From: a virus
Length of the DNA: 64,000 nucleotides
IMG/VR virus record: IMGVR_UViG_3300045988_069682
Location: 1 to 64,000 of that record
Direction: 5' to 3' (one strand)
Of this stretch, positions 46,984 to 54,979 are shown piece after piece. The position numbers were made by a program, and so were the translations under genes. Each line of letters starts with the position of its first letter. Positions within the stretch are counted from its first letter, which is position 1. The notes below the pieces were generated by a model. That model saw nothing but the letters and a program-made list of their open reading frames with translations, was not told the origin of the DNA and ran no database searches.

Positions 46984-47059
46984 TGGAGCTGGTGACAGGA
47001 ATCGAACCCGCAACCTAGTGCTTACAAGGCACTTGCACTACCAGTTGTGCTACACCAGC
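46984..47059 (-). tRNA. tRNA-Thr (anticodon UGU), CCA encoded
   Basis: Cloverleaf read by hand: GCTGGTG-TA-GCAC-AACTGGTA-GTGC-A-AGTGC-CTTGTAA-GCACT-AGGTT-GCGGG-TTCGATT-CCTGT-CACCAGC-T-CCA, 76 nt. Confidence 0.85.
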
Positions 47060-47060
47060 A

Positions 47061-47092
47061 TATTAAATAACCGCCCCGAAACCGAGGCGGTT
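47061..47092 (-). terminator. intrinsic terminator after the major capsid gene
   Basis: Minus sense: AACCGCC-TCGGTTTCGG-GGCGGTT followed by ATTTAATAT. Confidence 0.65.
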
Positions 47093-47119
47093 AAAGTGGT
47101 CGAAATCGACTAGGTTAGA

Positions 47120-48322
47120 TTAGCGCTTGATACCGATGATTGCAGCGGAAGCCTTCGGAGCTGCGCATTTGAGGCCCAGCCAAGATTCCAGCATACGCTC
47201 ATCATAAGAGCCTTTCTTCGGAATGGGTACGTCGTGGGTGTGTTCAAACCACTTAATACCCCAATAGCCCATATCCATGCAGTAGATGCGGCTATCCGGC
47301 AGCATACGATGTGCTTCGGCAGTCAGTACGCCGTAGTCAGTTTGGATAACGTCGGCAACAAGATTCAGCTTGTTCTTCTTCGCCATATCGCGGTAAGAAG
47401 TAGCCTGTGCGATTACCAACTGGCTGAAAGCGCGTTTCTTGGCGGGGGACATGAACGCATGGGTAGGATTACCGCCGCGGTTGTACGCCATTTCCATTAC
47501 CGCGTTGAGGTCATCCAGAGTGTAGTCGACAGTGCCGCCTAAATCCAGTACGTTGTTTTTGATGATTTTAGCGGAAGTGCCAGCAGCACTCGGTTTGACC
47601 TGTTCAGCGGCAATGTTCTCAACAGCACCTTTTTGGGTGTTGAAGATAGTGAATTTGGTTTTTGGAGTAGCAGCATCGGTGCGGATGTAATAAATGGTCT
47701 TAGCGGACAGGCCAGTCGGCATGGTTTTGGCAGTGAAATACACAAAATCACCAGTTTCCAAGCCATGCGGTTTGGTGGTAGTGATAGAACCGTCGGTAGT
47801 GCCGACAGTTACATCCAACTCTTGAGTAGCCATGAAGAACGGAACGCCGCCAGTTTTAGCCGGAGTAGTCTTGTTCTGTTCTGCGTTGGTGGTCTCATTG
47901 TTTACGAGAGCGTACTCAATGTCAGCAGCATGTTTGCGGGAGCACTGTTCCAACAGGCGAGCCAGCTCATCCTCGGGGCGGTAAACTTTAGCAACTTTGC
48001 GCTGTGCCTCAGTTACATAGTAGCTGTTTACAAAGCGTTGGCAGTTGTTTTCCAAACCTTCCAGATGGCCGATTTCCTTGGAGGAATAATCCTCTTTTTC
48101 CAAGTGGGCGTTCTCACCGGGCGGCTGCAAACCTTCGGTTAACCAGCTAAATTTCAGAGTGGTTGCATCTTCCTCGGAGCCGAAGCGGTTGAGGAACAGA
48201 GTAACCTCGGGGTCGATGTTGGTAATTACGCTGCTCATATCCTCAGCATGGCCAATCGCATCAGAGGTATGGGATTGGGAAGTGCTGTAGGAAAGAGAAC
48301 GTGTTACGTCGTTAATTGCCAT
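47120..48322 (-). CDS. major capsid protein (400 aa)
   Basis: Position after the scaffold gene, its size, a strong SD (TGAGGTGAAAAATTA) and a dedicated downstream terminator. No motif-level proof. Confidence 0.7.
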   Translation of the reverse strand: MAINDVTRSLSYSTSQSHTSDAIGHAEDMSSVITNIDPEVTLFLNRFGSEEDATTLKFSWLTEGLQPPGENAHLEKEDYSSKEIGHLEGLENNCQRFVNSYYVTEAQRKVAKVYRPEDELARLLEQCSRKHAADIEYALVNNETTNAEQNKTTPAKTGGVPFFMATQELDVTVGTTDGSITTTKPHGLETGDFVYFTAKTMPTGLSAKTIYYIRTDAATPKTKFTIFNTQKGAVENIAAEQVKPSAAGTSAKIIKNNVLDLGGTVDYTLDDLNAVMEMAYNRGGNPTHAFMSPAKKRAFSQLVIAQATSYRDMAKKNKLNLVADVIQTDYGVLTAEAHRMLPDSRIYCMDMGYWGIKWFEHTHDVPIPKKGSYDERMLESWLGLKCAAPKASAAIIGIKR

Positions 48323-48381
48323 TAATTTTTCACCTCATTAAAAAATTTTATTTAACAAAACCGCATAGCCTCGGGGGTAGC

Positions 48382-49635
48382 TTATTGGTTTCTGTTACGG
48401 ATAAACTCGGCCAGCCATGCGCGGCGGCCTCTTACATCAGATTTTGCCAGAGCACTGTAGTCCGGCACATATACACTGTTAACATCTCTGCCGTCGCCAG
48501 CTCGTTCAACAGTCGGCGGGCGATTGACAGCTCTCGGGGTTGCGCCCAAGCCGTTCTTCTGCATATAGAACATTTTGCGTGTATCTTCATAATAGTTGCG
48601 AAGAACCTCTGTCTGGGCTTCGTTGATAGTGCCGTTCTGCAAAGCTTGCAGCACAGGCACAATCACTTGCGCCTGTTTATAGGTCAAATCATTCACACGA
48701 GTCAGCAACATGCGGTCGATAGCGTCGAAGTTCGGCTCTTTTGCGCGTTGCTCTTCTGTAAACTGGTTGATGCCAGCATAGACAGCTTCCTGCCTCTGGC
48801 GCTGTGCCTGTTCGTCTGCATAGCGGTTCTGCATCTTGGCCATAAGGTCTTGGCGATGCCACTCCTTAGCCAGTTTGTAGTTGATGAGCTTCGGGTCGTC
48901 ATCGTCCATGAGGTCGAGGTTTTCAATATCCTCTTCACTCAGACCAGCATCCTGTTGAGCGCGCGCATCAGCCTCTTTGTCGAGGCCTGTCAGAAACTCT
49001 CTCATCTGCTCTTGGCGGGTTTCCGGATTCATCTGCGCTTCAATCTCAGCGCGACGTGCTGCTTCCTGCTGGGCGATAGCTCTTTGCTGTGCATTGTGAG
49101 CTTGAACAGCTTGGCCGATTTTCCAATCAGCATATTGACGTTGGTATTCCTGCGGAACACGTTTCTCGTCAACATAGCCTGTTGCGATTGCGTTGGAAAA
49201 TTCGTCAAGAGTATAAGCAGGAAGCTGTTGGTTGAACTGTTGGCCAATCTGCTGCGGAGCATCTGTCAGCTTCGGCTGATTGGTATCAGCACCAAATATG
49301 TTAGGTTCTTGGGCAACTTCTTCGTTTTTTGGCGGTTCAGTCAACGGACTGGGCTTCAAATGTGTTTTTCCGTCCTCACCTTTGACTAAAACATAGCCTT
49401 GAGTACCTTCTGAGTTCTTTGCAGCAGCGATAATTTGCTGATTGCCGCTCTCGCGCGTTTGCAGCCCTTCTGAGCGATTTTCCGTGTTTGCGCTAGTGTT
49501 TGTATTCACTGGTGTATTTGGAACGCTCTGAGAGGATTCTACGCTGTCAACATTTGGTTGACTTGTAGAAATTGTGTTTGTTTGTGGTGTGGAAGCAGAA
49601 AAATCGCTTCCAGCACCGCCAAATTCGTCAGCCAT
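48382..49635 (-). CDS. scaffolding protein (417 aa, Q/E/A-rich, helical)
   Basis: Lies between the portal and the capsid gene. Low-complexity helical composition. Confidence 0.6.
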   Translation of the reverse strand: MADEFGGAGSDFSASTPQTNTISTSQPNVDSVESSQSVPNTPVNTNTSANTENRSEGLQTRESGNQQIIAAAKNSEGTQGYVLVKGEDGKTHLKPSPLTEPPKNEEVAQEPNIFGADTNQPKLTDAPQQIGQQFNQQLPAYTLDEFSNAIATGYVDEKRVPQEYQRQYADWKIGQAVQAHNAQQRAIAQQEAARRAEIEAQMNPETRQEQMREFLTGLDKEADARAQQDAGLSEEDIENLDLMDDDDPKLINYKLAKEWHRQDLMAKMQNRYADEQAQRQRQEAVYAGINQFTEEQRAKEPNFDAIDRMLLTRVNDLTYKQAQVIVPVLQALQNGTINEAQTEVLRNYYEDTRKMFYMQKNGLGATPRAVNRPPTVERAGDGRDVNSVYVPDYSALAKSDVRGRRAWLAEFIRNRNQ

Positions 49636-49656
49636 TGGTTTTACCTCCTAAAAAAA

Positions 49657-49947
49657 TCAGCCTTGTGTCTGTAATTGAACCAAGGCTTTCTCTTTCTGCT
49701 TGCCAGTGGCCGCTGCGTGTTGCAACATTTCAACCAAACGACAGACTGCTCTGTAGTCGCTTCGGTGTCTTTCAATGTCTCCGTAGCTTAACGCCGCTTC
49801 AAGCATTTTTTCATCCGCTTCTTTTTTTAAGCGGAACGCATATTTATACACCGCCTCAGCATCTTCTCCGTCGACGATGAAGTCGCGGAGAAGGTCGATG
49901 CGAGATTCGGCAGCTTTAATAACTTTAGAGTTATTGCGCTTAATCAT
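49657..49947 (-). CDS. hypothetical head-module protein (96 aa; start refined to MIKRNNSK)
   Basis: The ATG overlaps the portal stop (AATGATTAA). Confidence 0.55.
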   Translation of the reverse strand: MIKRNNSKVIKAAESRIDLLRDFIVDGEDAEAVYKYAFRLKKEADEKMLEAALSYGDIERHRSDYRAVCRLVEMLQHAAATGKQKEKALVQLQTQG

Positions 49948-52174
49948 TATTGAGCACCTCATGTTCTGCGATTGCTCGCTCGGTTGTACTAATGCCAAGT
50001 TTATCTTTAAGATACTGACGCTGCACATCGGGCGGCAAATCTGTAAGATTGATATTGAGACGCGGAATGGAGTATTTTGCGATAGACAGTTGCAAGCTGT
50101 TCTGCAATGCTTCGGCCTGTGCCTGTGCCTGTGCCTGTGCTTGAGCCTGTGCCTGTGCCTGTGCTTCTTCGCTCTCGGGGTCGAGCAGATATTGGGAAAC
50201 ATCTCGCAAGCCCAATGCTTCCAGAAGTTTGCATACAAGGTTGTACCAGCTCTTCGCATTCGCAATACCGAAGTTTGCGAGCTGCGGATAAATCTGGTTG
50301 AGCACCAGCATCAGATACTGAATCTGTGCTTCTCTTGTGCCAGCGCCCTGTCCGACGTTGACAATCAAATCATAATCTACATCCAAATCCTCTTTCTTAA
50401 TAGAAAGCGTCTTGTTGGTCAATCGAATCATCTGCTCATCTTCCAGATACTTTTGATTCAACAGGATGATGAACTTGTAAATCGGAATAAAAAATTTCTC
50501 TGCAATGCTTCGCGCAACCATTTTGTTGCGCTTCTCTGCCATACCAAGAATAGCGGTAATGCCAGTTGCAGTAGAGTTCAGAGAGTTGCTGTCAAGGCCT
50601 TGGTTGTATCTGGTGCTGCCGCTCTGGCTCTCAATCTCAGTCTGAGCGTAGTTGATAACATCCATAGAAACGCTGGACAACGGCAGCGACGGCGGAATAA
50701 AGACAGATTCTGTCGGGGCGTTCTGCGTCGGGATGATTTCCTCGCCATTGAACAGTGCATCTACGTCTACCTTGCGTTCATCGACAAAAACACGCGGAGC
50801 GTTGTTTTTCGCCACGTTAGTGATAATCTGACGCATAACAGCAGTCTTTAAATCCTGCTGCTGTTCCAGCATATCAGTAAAAGAATCACGGTTAAACACA
50901 GCGTTCGGGTCGTAGACCGCACTGCAAACAAAGAATGGTGGGAATCCGTAGTCGTTTTCTACGATGCGGATTGGTTGGTCGCCTACAGCATGAACGATGA
51001 TGTTCTCGTAGATGCCGTCATTATTCCAATCCACTTGCATGTAGGCCTCGTAAAGCTCAACCTCTTTGGATGCCAAGTCATTATCTGTCGGACGTTTAGC
51101 CCTGTCAGCTCTGTCTCTGTCATTGACATAATCCAGAGTGGTAGGCTCGGTATTGCCCGAGGTGTATTCCTTGAGCGCTTTGTCGATGTTCTGATAAATG
51201 CCGTCTTTTTCACGCTGCTTCAAATAGCTGCCGCGTACGACCTTGCGATGTGCAACGAACTTACAGTCCTGCAAATCTGGAGCATCTGGAGTGTAGCGCA
51301 GCTCTGATGTAGGGACATACTCTACAACAGGATGGTTGCTCTTGACCTTCACAAGGTCGTAAGTAACTTTGGTAAGGTCTGGCGCGCCTTCAATATCCTC
51401 GAATTTCATATTCTCGATATTGCCGCCGCCGACACCTTCCATAAGTCCCAGAATCTGCGTCATATCGTTCAAGTCAAGCATGAACTGCATCTGCTTGCGT
51501 TCTTCTTCGCGCTTCCACCATACCTTAGCAATACAGAAGTTCTGGCTTAAAGCGAAATTCAGCTCAGTCTGGCAGAAATGATACCAGTCATTCTTCTTTT
51601 CAAGCTGATAACGTACAAGTTCCTGCACCTTGGATGCAACCTCATCGTCATCGACATTCACGCCTTTGACGGAAAGCGGTGCATCTGTACCGCAGAACGC
51701 TTCCATAAGGCCTGTCAGAATCCACTGGCAAGAGGTCTTTACATCCTTGGAAACCCAGTTACTTGTTTCCGAAAGTCTTGGAAAACGCTTTTTGTAATAT
51801 TCCTCGTCAGCTTCGTAAATATCTCTGCGATGCAGGATTTTCGGCTCGATAATCTGCTTGTACTGCGAATCCGCAATATCACGGCAGCTCTCGAACGCTC
51901 GCATGATTTTTTCTTTCTGAGATTTTGTCAAAGTATCGAGCGACAAGGCTTTATCCTTTGCCTCACTCTGTGCTTTGAGCATTTCCAGTGGGGACGGCGG
52001 TTGCTCTGTTCCCGGCTGGATTACGCCAGTCTGCGGCTGCTCCGGCAATGTACCACCCGTCATCATGTCGACCGCCCCTTGGTTTAAACCGAATTGAGGG
52101 TTGGTCGCTTGCCATGCGCTTCGATGGACTTCGCTGTTTGCAGCAGCAGCCAGCTTATCGTTTAAGTCTGGCAT
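49940..52174 (-). CDS. portal protein (744 aa)
   Basis: Size and position (two small ORFs after terL, before the scaffold and capsid genes). AAGGCGGTG SD upstream. Confidence 0.75.
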   Translation of the reverse strand: MPDLNDKLAAAANSEVHRSAWQATNPQFGLNQGAVDMMTGGTLPEQPQTGVIQPGTEQPPSPLEMLKAQSEAKDKALSLDTLTKSQKEKIMRAFESCRDIADSQYKQIIEPKILHRRDIYEADEEYYKKRFPRLSETSNWVSKDVKTSCQWILTGLMEAFCGTDAPLSVKGVNVDDDEVASKVQELVRYQLEKKNDWYHFCQTELNFALSQNFCIAKVWWKREEERKQMQFMLDLNDMTQILGLMEGVGGGNIENMKFEDIEGAPDLTKVTYDLVKVKSNHPVVEYVPTSELRYTPDAPDLQDCKFVAHRKVVRGSYLKQREKDGIYQNIDKALKEYTSGNTEPTTLDYVNDRDRADRAKRPTDNDLASKEVELYEAYMQVDWNNDGIYENIIVHAVGDQPIRIVENDYGFPPFFVCSAVYDPNAVFNRDSFTDMLEQQQDLKTAVMRQIITNVAKNNAPRVFVDERKVDVDALFNGEEIIPTQNAPTESVFIPPSLPLSSVSMDVINYAQTEIESQSGSTRYNQGLDSNSLNSTATGITAILGMAEKRNKMVARSIAEKFFIPIYKFIILLNQKYLEDEQMIRLTNKTLSIKKEDLDVDYDLIVNVGQGAGTREAQIQYLMLVLNQIYPQLANFGIANAKSWYNLVCKLLEALGLRDVSQYLLDPESEEAQAQAQAQAQAQAQAQAEALQNSLQLSIAKYSIPRLNINLTDLPPDVQRQYLKDKLGISTTERAIAEHEVLNND
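50115..50165 (-). repeat. hexanucleotide (GCCTGT)n repeat encoding (AQ)8 near the portal C-terminus
   Basis: gcctgt x4, gcttga, gcctgt x3. Protein sequence EEAQAQAQAQAQAQAQAQAEA. Confidence 0.9.
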
Positions 52175-52188
52175 GAATTATCACCGCC

Positions 52189-52473
52189 TTAACCAAAGAA
52201 CTCTGTCAGCACGCAGTCGCCGCCAATAACATAAAAGTTTTGACGTGCGGTTGGCAGCACTGGCAAAGTATAGGTTGTGCCAGCCTTAATCAGCAAGCCT
52301 TCGCCAGCCTTGACACTCTTGTCGCCAAGATAAATGTCAGCCTCGCCAGCGGTAATTGCCAAGCCGATGCGACCGCCGCGCATATTGGTGAAAACCTCAG
52401 TGCTTGCAGCAGGAGTTGCACTGCTGGCGCTCAGTTTAGTAGTTTTGATTTCCTTTGCTGGACATAAAAGCAT
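52189..52473 (-). CDS. hypothetical protein (94 aa)
   Basis: GGAGGAATAACAT upstream. Confidence 0.6.
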   Translation of the reverse strand: MLLCPAKEIKTTKLSASSATPAASTEVFTNMRGGRIGLAITAGEADIYLGDKSVKAGEGLLIKAGTTYTLPVLPTARQNFYVIGGDCVLTEFFG

Positions 52474-52487
52474 ATGTTATTCCTCCG

Positions 52488-52955
52488 TCAATCATACTTC
52501 ATGCGCTCACGCATCATGTTGTAGAGCCATTCCTCACGTCTGCGGCGGTCGTAATAATCATCCGTATAGCCTTGGCTCTGATAGTCAAACGGCACACGGG
52601 CTGCTTTGTCGCTCAGCCTTGTAGCAGGAATACCCATACGTCTTGCATAACCCGTAGGCTGCGGATAGCCTTGCTCATCGCGGACAGCCTCTGGATGGTA
52701 ATAAGGCCCACCAAGGCTCTCAGCATACACAGGCATACCTCTATTAGCATACTGGCTGTCATCTGCATAATAGCGAGAGTATGTCGGGTCTTGCGGCACG
52801 TGCTTATCATAATTAAACCGTTCTCCTAATCTTGGAATATCCTTATATTGCGGAGCTGCCCCGTATGCTGCATAAGAAGCATATTCATCAGGTGCAAGTT
52901 CTACTCCAAAGGCTTCTCCGAACTCGCCTCTTGCTCTGTTTTTTTCTTTGGTCAT
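52488..52955 (-). CDS. Tyr/Arg-rich hypothetical protein (155 aa; start refined to MTKEKNRARG)
   Basis: GAGGAAAAAGCTA upstream of the ATG at 52955, 11 nt after the terL stop. Confidence 0.55.
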   Translation of the reverse strand: MTKEKNRARGEFGEAFGVELAPDEYASYAAYGAAPQYKDIPRLGERFNYDKHVPQDPTYSRYYADDSQYANRGMPVYAESLGGPYYHPEAVRDEQGYPQPTGYARRMGIPATRLSDKAARVPFDYQSQGYTDDYYDRRRREEWLYNMMRERMKYD

Positions 52956-52966
52956 TAGCTTTTTCC

Positions 52967-54313
52967 TCACAATCTGCCGTATTTTCTTACCTGTCCCAGC
53001 TTCTTTGCCCGCTGGTACAGGTTTTTTCTTGCGAAAGACACAGGATAAGCAAAGGTCAGACACAGCGCGTCAGCCATATCTGGCGAACGTCCTGTCTTAT
53101 CTTTGATGCTTTCCTTGCTTTCAAGTTTGATTCTGTTCATGCCGTCAAAGGTATATTCGGGCATCGACAGCTCAGTGCGCAGGTTCGGGTCATACGGCAA
53201 TGAACCGCCCTGTTCAAGCCACTGTCGGCAACCATCCCACATTTCGGCACGTTTATTCATATAGCGCGTGTCCTCGATAGCCTTGCCGCCAAAGGGAACT
53301 TCTACGACTCCCTTGTAGCCAATCTGACGCAAGCGGTCGATAACACCCTCGCCACGGCCAGCATCAATAAACACCGTATCTGGCCCCCAATCGTCAATCT
53401 CTCTGGCGATGATTCCGGCAAAGGTCATGTTGTCGACTTCTTTGCAGACAATCGGCTCAAAGGTCATCAGACCTTGGCGTTTGAAGATTACGCAGCTATC
53501 GTCACCGAAACGGGCAACGTCGACACCCATAACCTTGGGCATATCCTTGTAATCCTCTTCCTGCAAATCTCTTTCCATTGCCGCGTTGATAGAATCCAGC
53601 GAGATAAGGCGGTTATAAGCGTTCGCAGCAAAGTCACAGTACAGCTCCTGCCGTATCTCCGTCTTTGTCATTTCACGCTTCATGTCCTCAAGTTCTTCCG
53701 GAGGAATAATACCTGTTTCATCTACCGTGTACAGGCAGGAGAACCAGTTGTTGTTCTTCTGTGCCTGTAAGTAAATGTCGTAGAACTGATTCTGCCCTTT
53801 GGGAGTACCAATAAAAACAGCCCAGCCGTGTCGGTCTGATAAGGCTGGTCGGATGACCTCGCCCCACAGCTCTTTACGTATCTGGGCATATTCGTCTATT
53901 ACTACACCGTCCCAGTACGTACCACGAAGGCCGTCCGGTCGGTCAGCACCAATGATATAAATTCTCGCTCCACGAGCATCTTTATGGTAGCTCGGGAACT
54001 CTACATACAGCTCGCTCTCGTTGACTTTTCTGTCGGGAATCCCCGCAGTATACCGCTTCAAGTAGTCCCATGCAATCATCTTCGCCTGTTTCAAGAACGG
54101 CGCAAGATATGCGTAGTTCGGTGAAGGGTATTTCGTCATCGTCAGAGCCTTCTTGATGAGGTGGTTGACACTGCCCACGCTCTTTCCGAAACGGCGGTGC
54201 GCTACAATTACCGCAAACCTGTACTGTTCAAGATTAGGATGCAGAACATCCCTCCAGAACGGTCTGGGAGTGTACGGAATTGTAATGACCTTGGCATCAG
54301 CAGCAACCGTCAT
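52967..54313 (-). CDS. terL: terminase large subunit
   Basis: Walker-A-like VAHRRFGKS, a Walker-B-like WDGVVIDEYA, and a C-terminal nuclease-like region. Overlaps the end of terS. Confidence 0.88.
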   Translation of the reverse strand: MTVAADAKVITIPYTPRPFWRDVLHPNLEQYRFAVIVAHRRFGKSVGSVNHLIKKALTMTKYPSPNYAYLAPFLKQAKMIAWDYLKRYTAGIPDRKVNESELYVEFPSYHKDARGARIYIIGADRPDGLRGTYWDGVVIDEYAQIRKELWGEVIRPALSDRHGWAVFIGTPKGQNQFYDIYLQAQKNNNWFSCLYTVDETGIIPPEELEDMKREMTKTEIRQELYCDFAANAYNRLISLDSINAAMERDLQEEDYKDMPKVMGVDVARFGDDSCVIFKRQGLMTFEPIVCKEVDNMTFAGIIAREIDDWGPDTVFIDAGRGEGVIDRLRQIGYKGVVEVPFGGKAIEDTRYMNKRAEMWDGCRQWLEQGGSLPYDPNLRTELSMPEYTFDGMNRIKLESKESIKDKTGRSPDMADALCLTFAYPVSFARKNLYQRAKKLGQVRKYGRL

Positions 54314-54824
54314 CAGAGGTGCTTTCTACCGTCTCGGGTGCCGGGGGCAATACCCCCTCTTTCTCCACGGGTGACGCTTTAGTGTCAATCACATCACCAG
54401 CGTTCTCAGCCCAGCCAAATACCAATGGCTGACCATCGCCGCTTGTAAGCTGACGTGTGCTCTTTTCTTCCCATCCGGCATTGTTCTTCAACGCAAACAT
54501 AATACCAGTAGGAGCCTTCGAGTACACCAGCTTGCCCTCAAGATAGTCCTCAAGCCTCAGCTTTGCATCAGCCAAAATGGTGTTGTAGGCTTCGTCCCTC
54601 TTGTTCACATAGTCCAGCATCTGACCACGGCTCTGGAATCCCAAATATCTGGCAAGACCGCTGTATGTGGGCGGTTTTCGCTCTTTAATCTTCAGCTCCC
54701 CAGTCCTCGGGTCAATCACTTCCGGCAAGCAGTAGTCGAAATACTCTCTGACTTTGTTTGCCATGCTCTGAGGTGTGGGGTACATCGTTACAATGCTGCC
54801 ACCAGCACCAAACAAATCACTCAT
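54297..54824 (-). CDS. terS: terminase small subunit (175 aa; start refined to MSDLFGAGG)
   Basis: KPPTYSGLARYLGF and GIMFALKNNAGWEEK match the small-terminase (P27/Terminase_4-like) pattern. AAGGAGGAATTGGTT upstream. Confidence 0.78.
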   Translation of the reverse strand: MSDLFGAGGSIVTMYPTPQSMANKVREYFDYCLPEVIDPRTGELKIKERKPPTYSGLARYLGFQSRGQMLDYVNKRDEAYNTILADAKLRLEDYLEGKLVYSKAPTGIMFALKNNAGWEEKSTRQLTSGDGQPLVFGWAENAGDVIDTKASPVEKEGVLPPAPETVESTSDDGCC

Positions 54825-54870
54825 AACCAATTCCTCCTTGTTGTTGTCGTTGTTGTTGTTGTATTTTAAA

Positions 54871-54896
54871 AGCCTCGTACACACTATACGGAGGCT
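54871..54896 (-). terminator. terminator-like hairpin in the terS leader
   Basis: Minus sense: AGCCTCCG-N11-CGAGGCT followed by TTTTAAAAT. Confidence 0.35.
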
Positions 54897-54898
54897 GA

Positions 54899-54979
54899 TA
54901 CAGTGCTAATCGTACAAGGCTCTTAAAAGCATTAAAAAAGCACTGTAATTTCTTACAGTGCTAATAATAAACAGTGCTA
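54899..54979. promoter_or_regulatory. four copies of TACAGTGCT(A) (3 direct, 1 inverted)
   Basis: Copies at 54899-908, 54939-947 (inverted), 54954-963 and 54971-979. Confidence 0.55.

Noticed and set aside
48316-49389. 357-aa plus-strand ORF
   Set aside because: It is antisense to the scaffold gene, has no SD, and has a Leu/Ser/Cys-rich shadow-frame composition.
49877-50851. 324-aa plus-strand ORF, and the 202-aa minus-strand ORF 49657-50265 with HRHRHR repeats
   Set aside because: Both are alternative-frame readings of the portal gene and its (GCCTGT)n repeat. Only the last 96 codons of the minus-strand ORF (from 49947) are kept as a gene.
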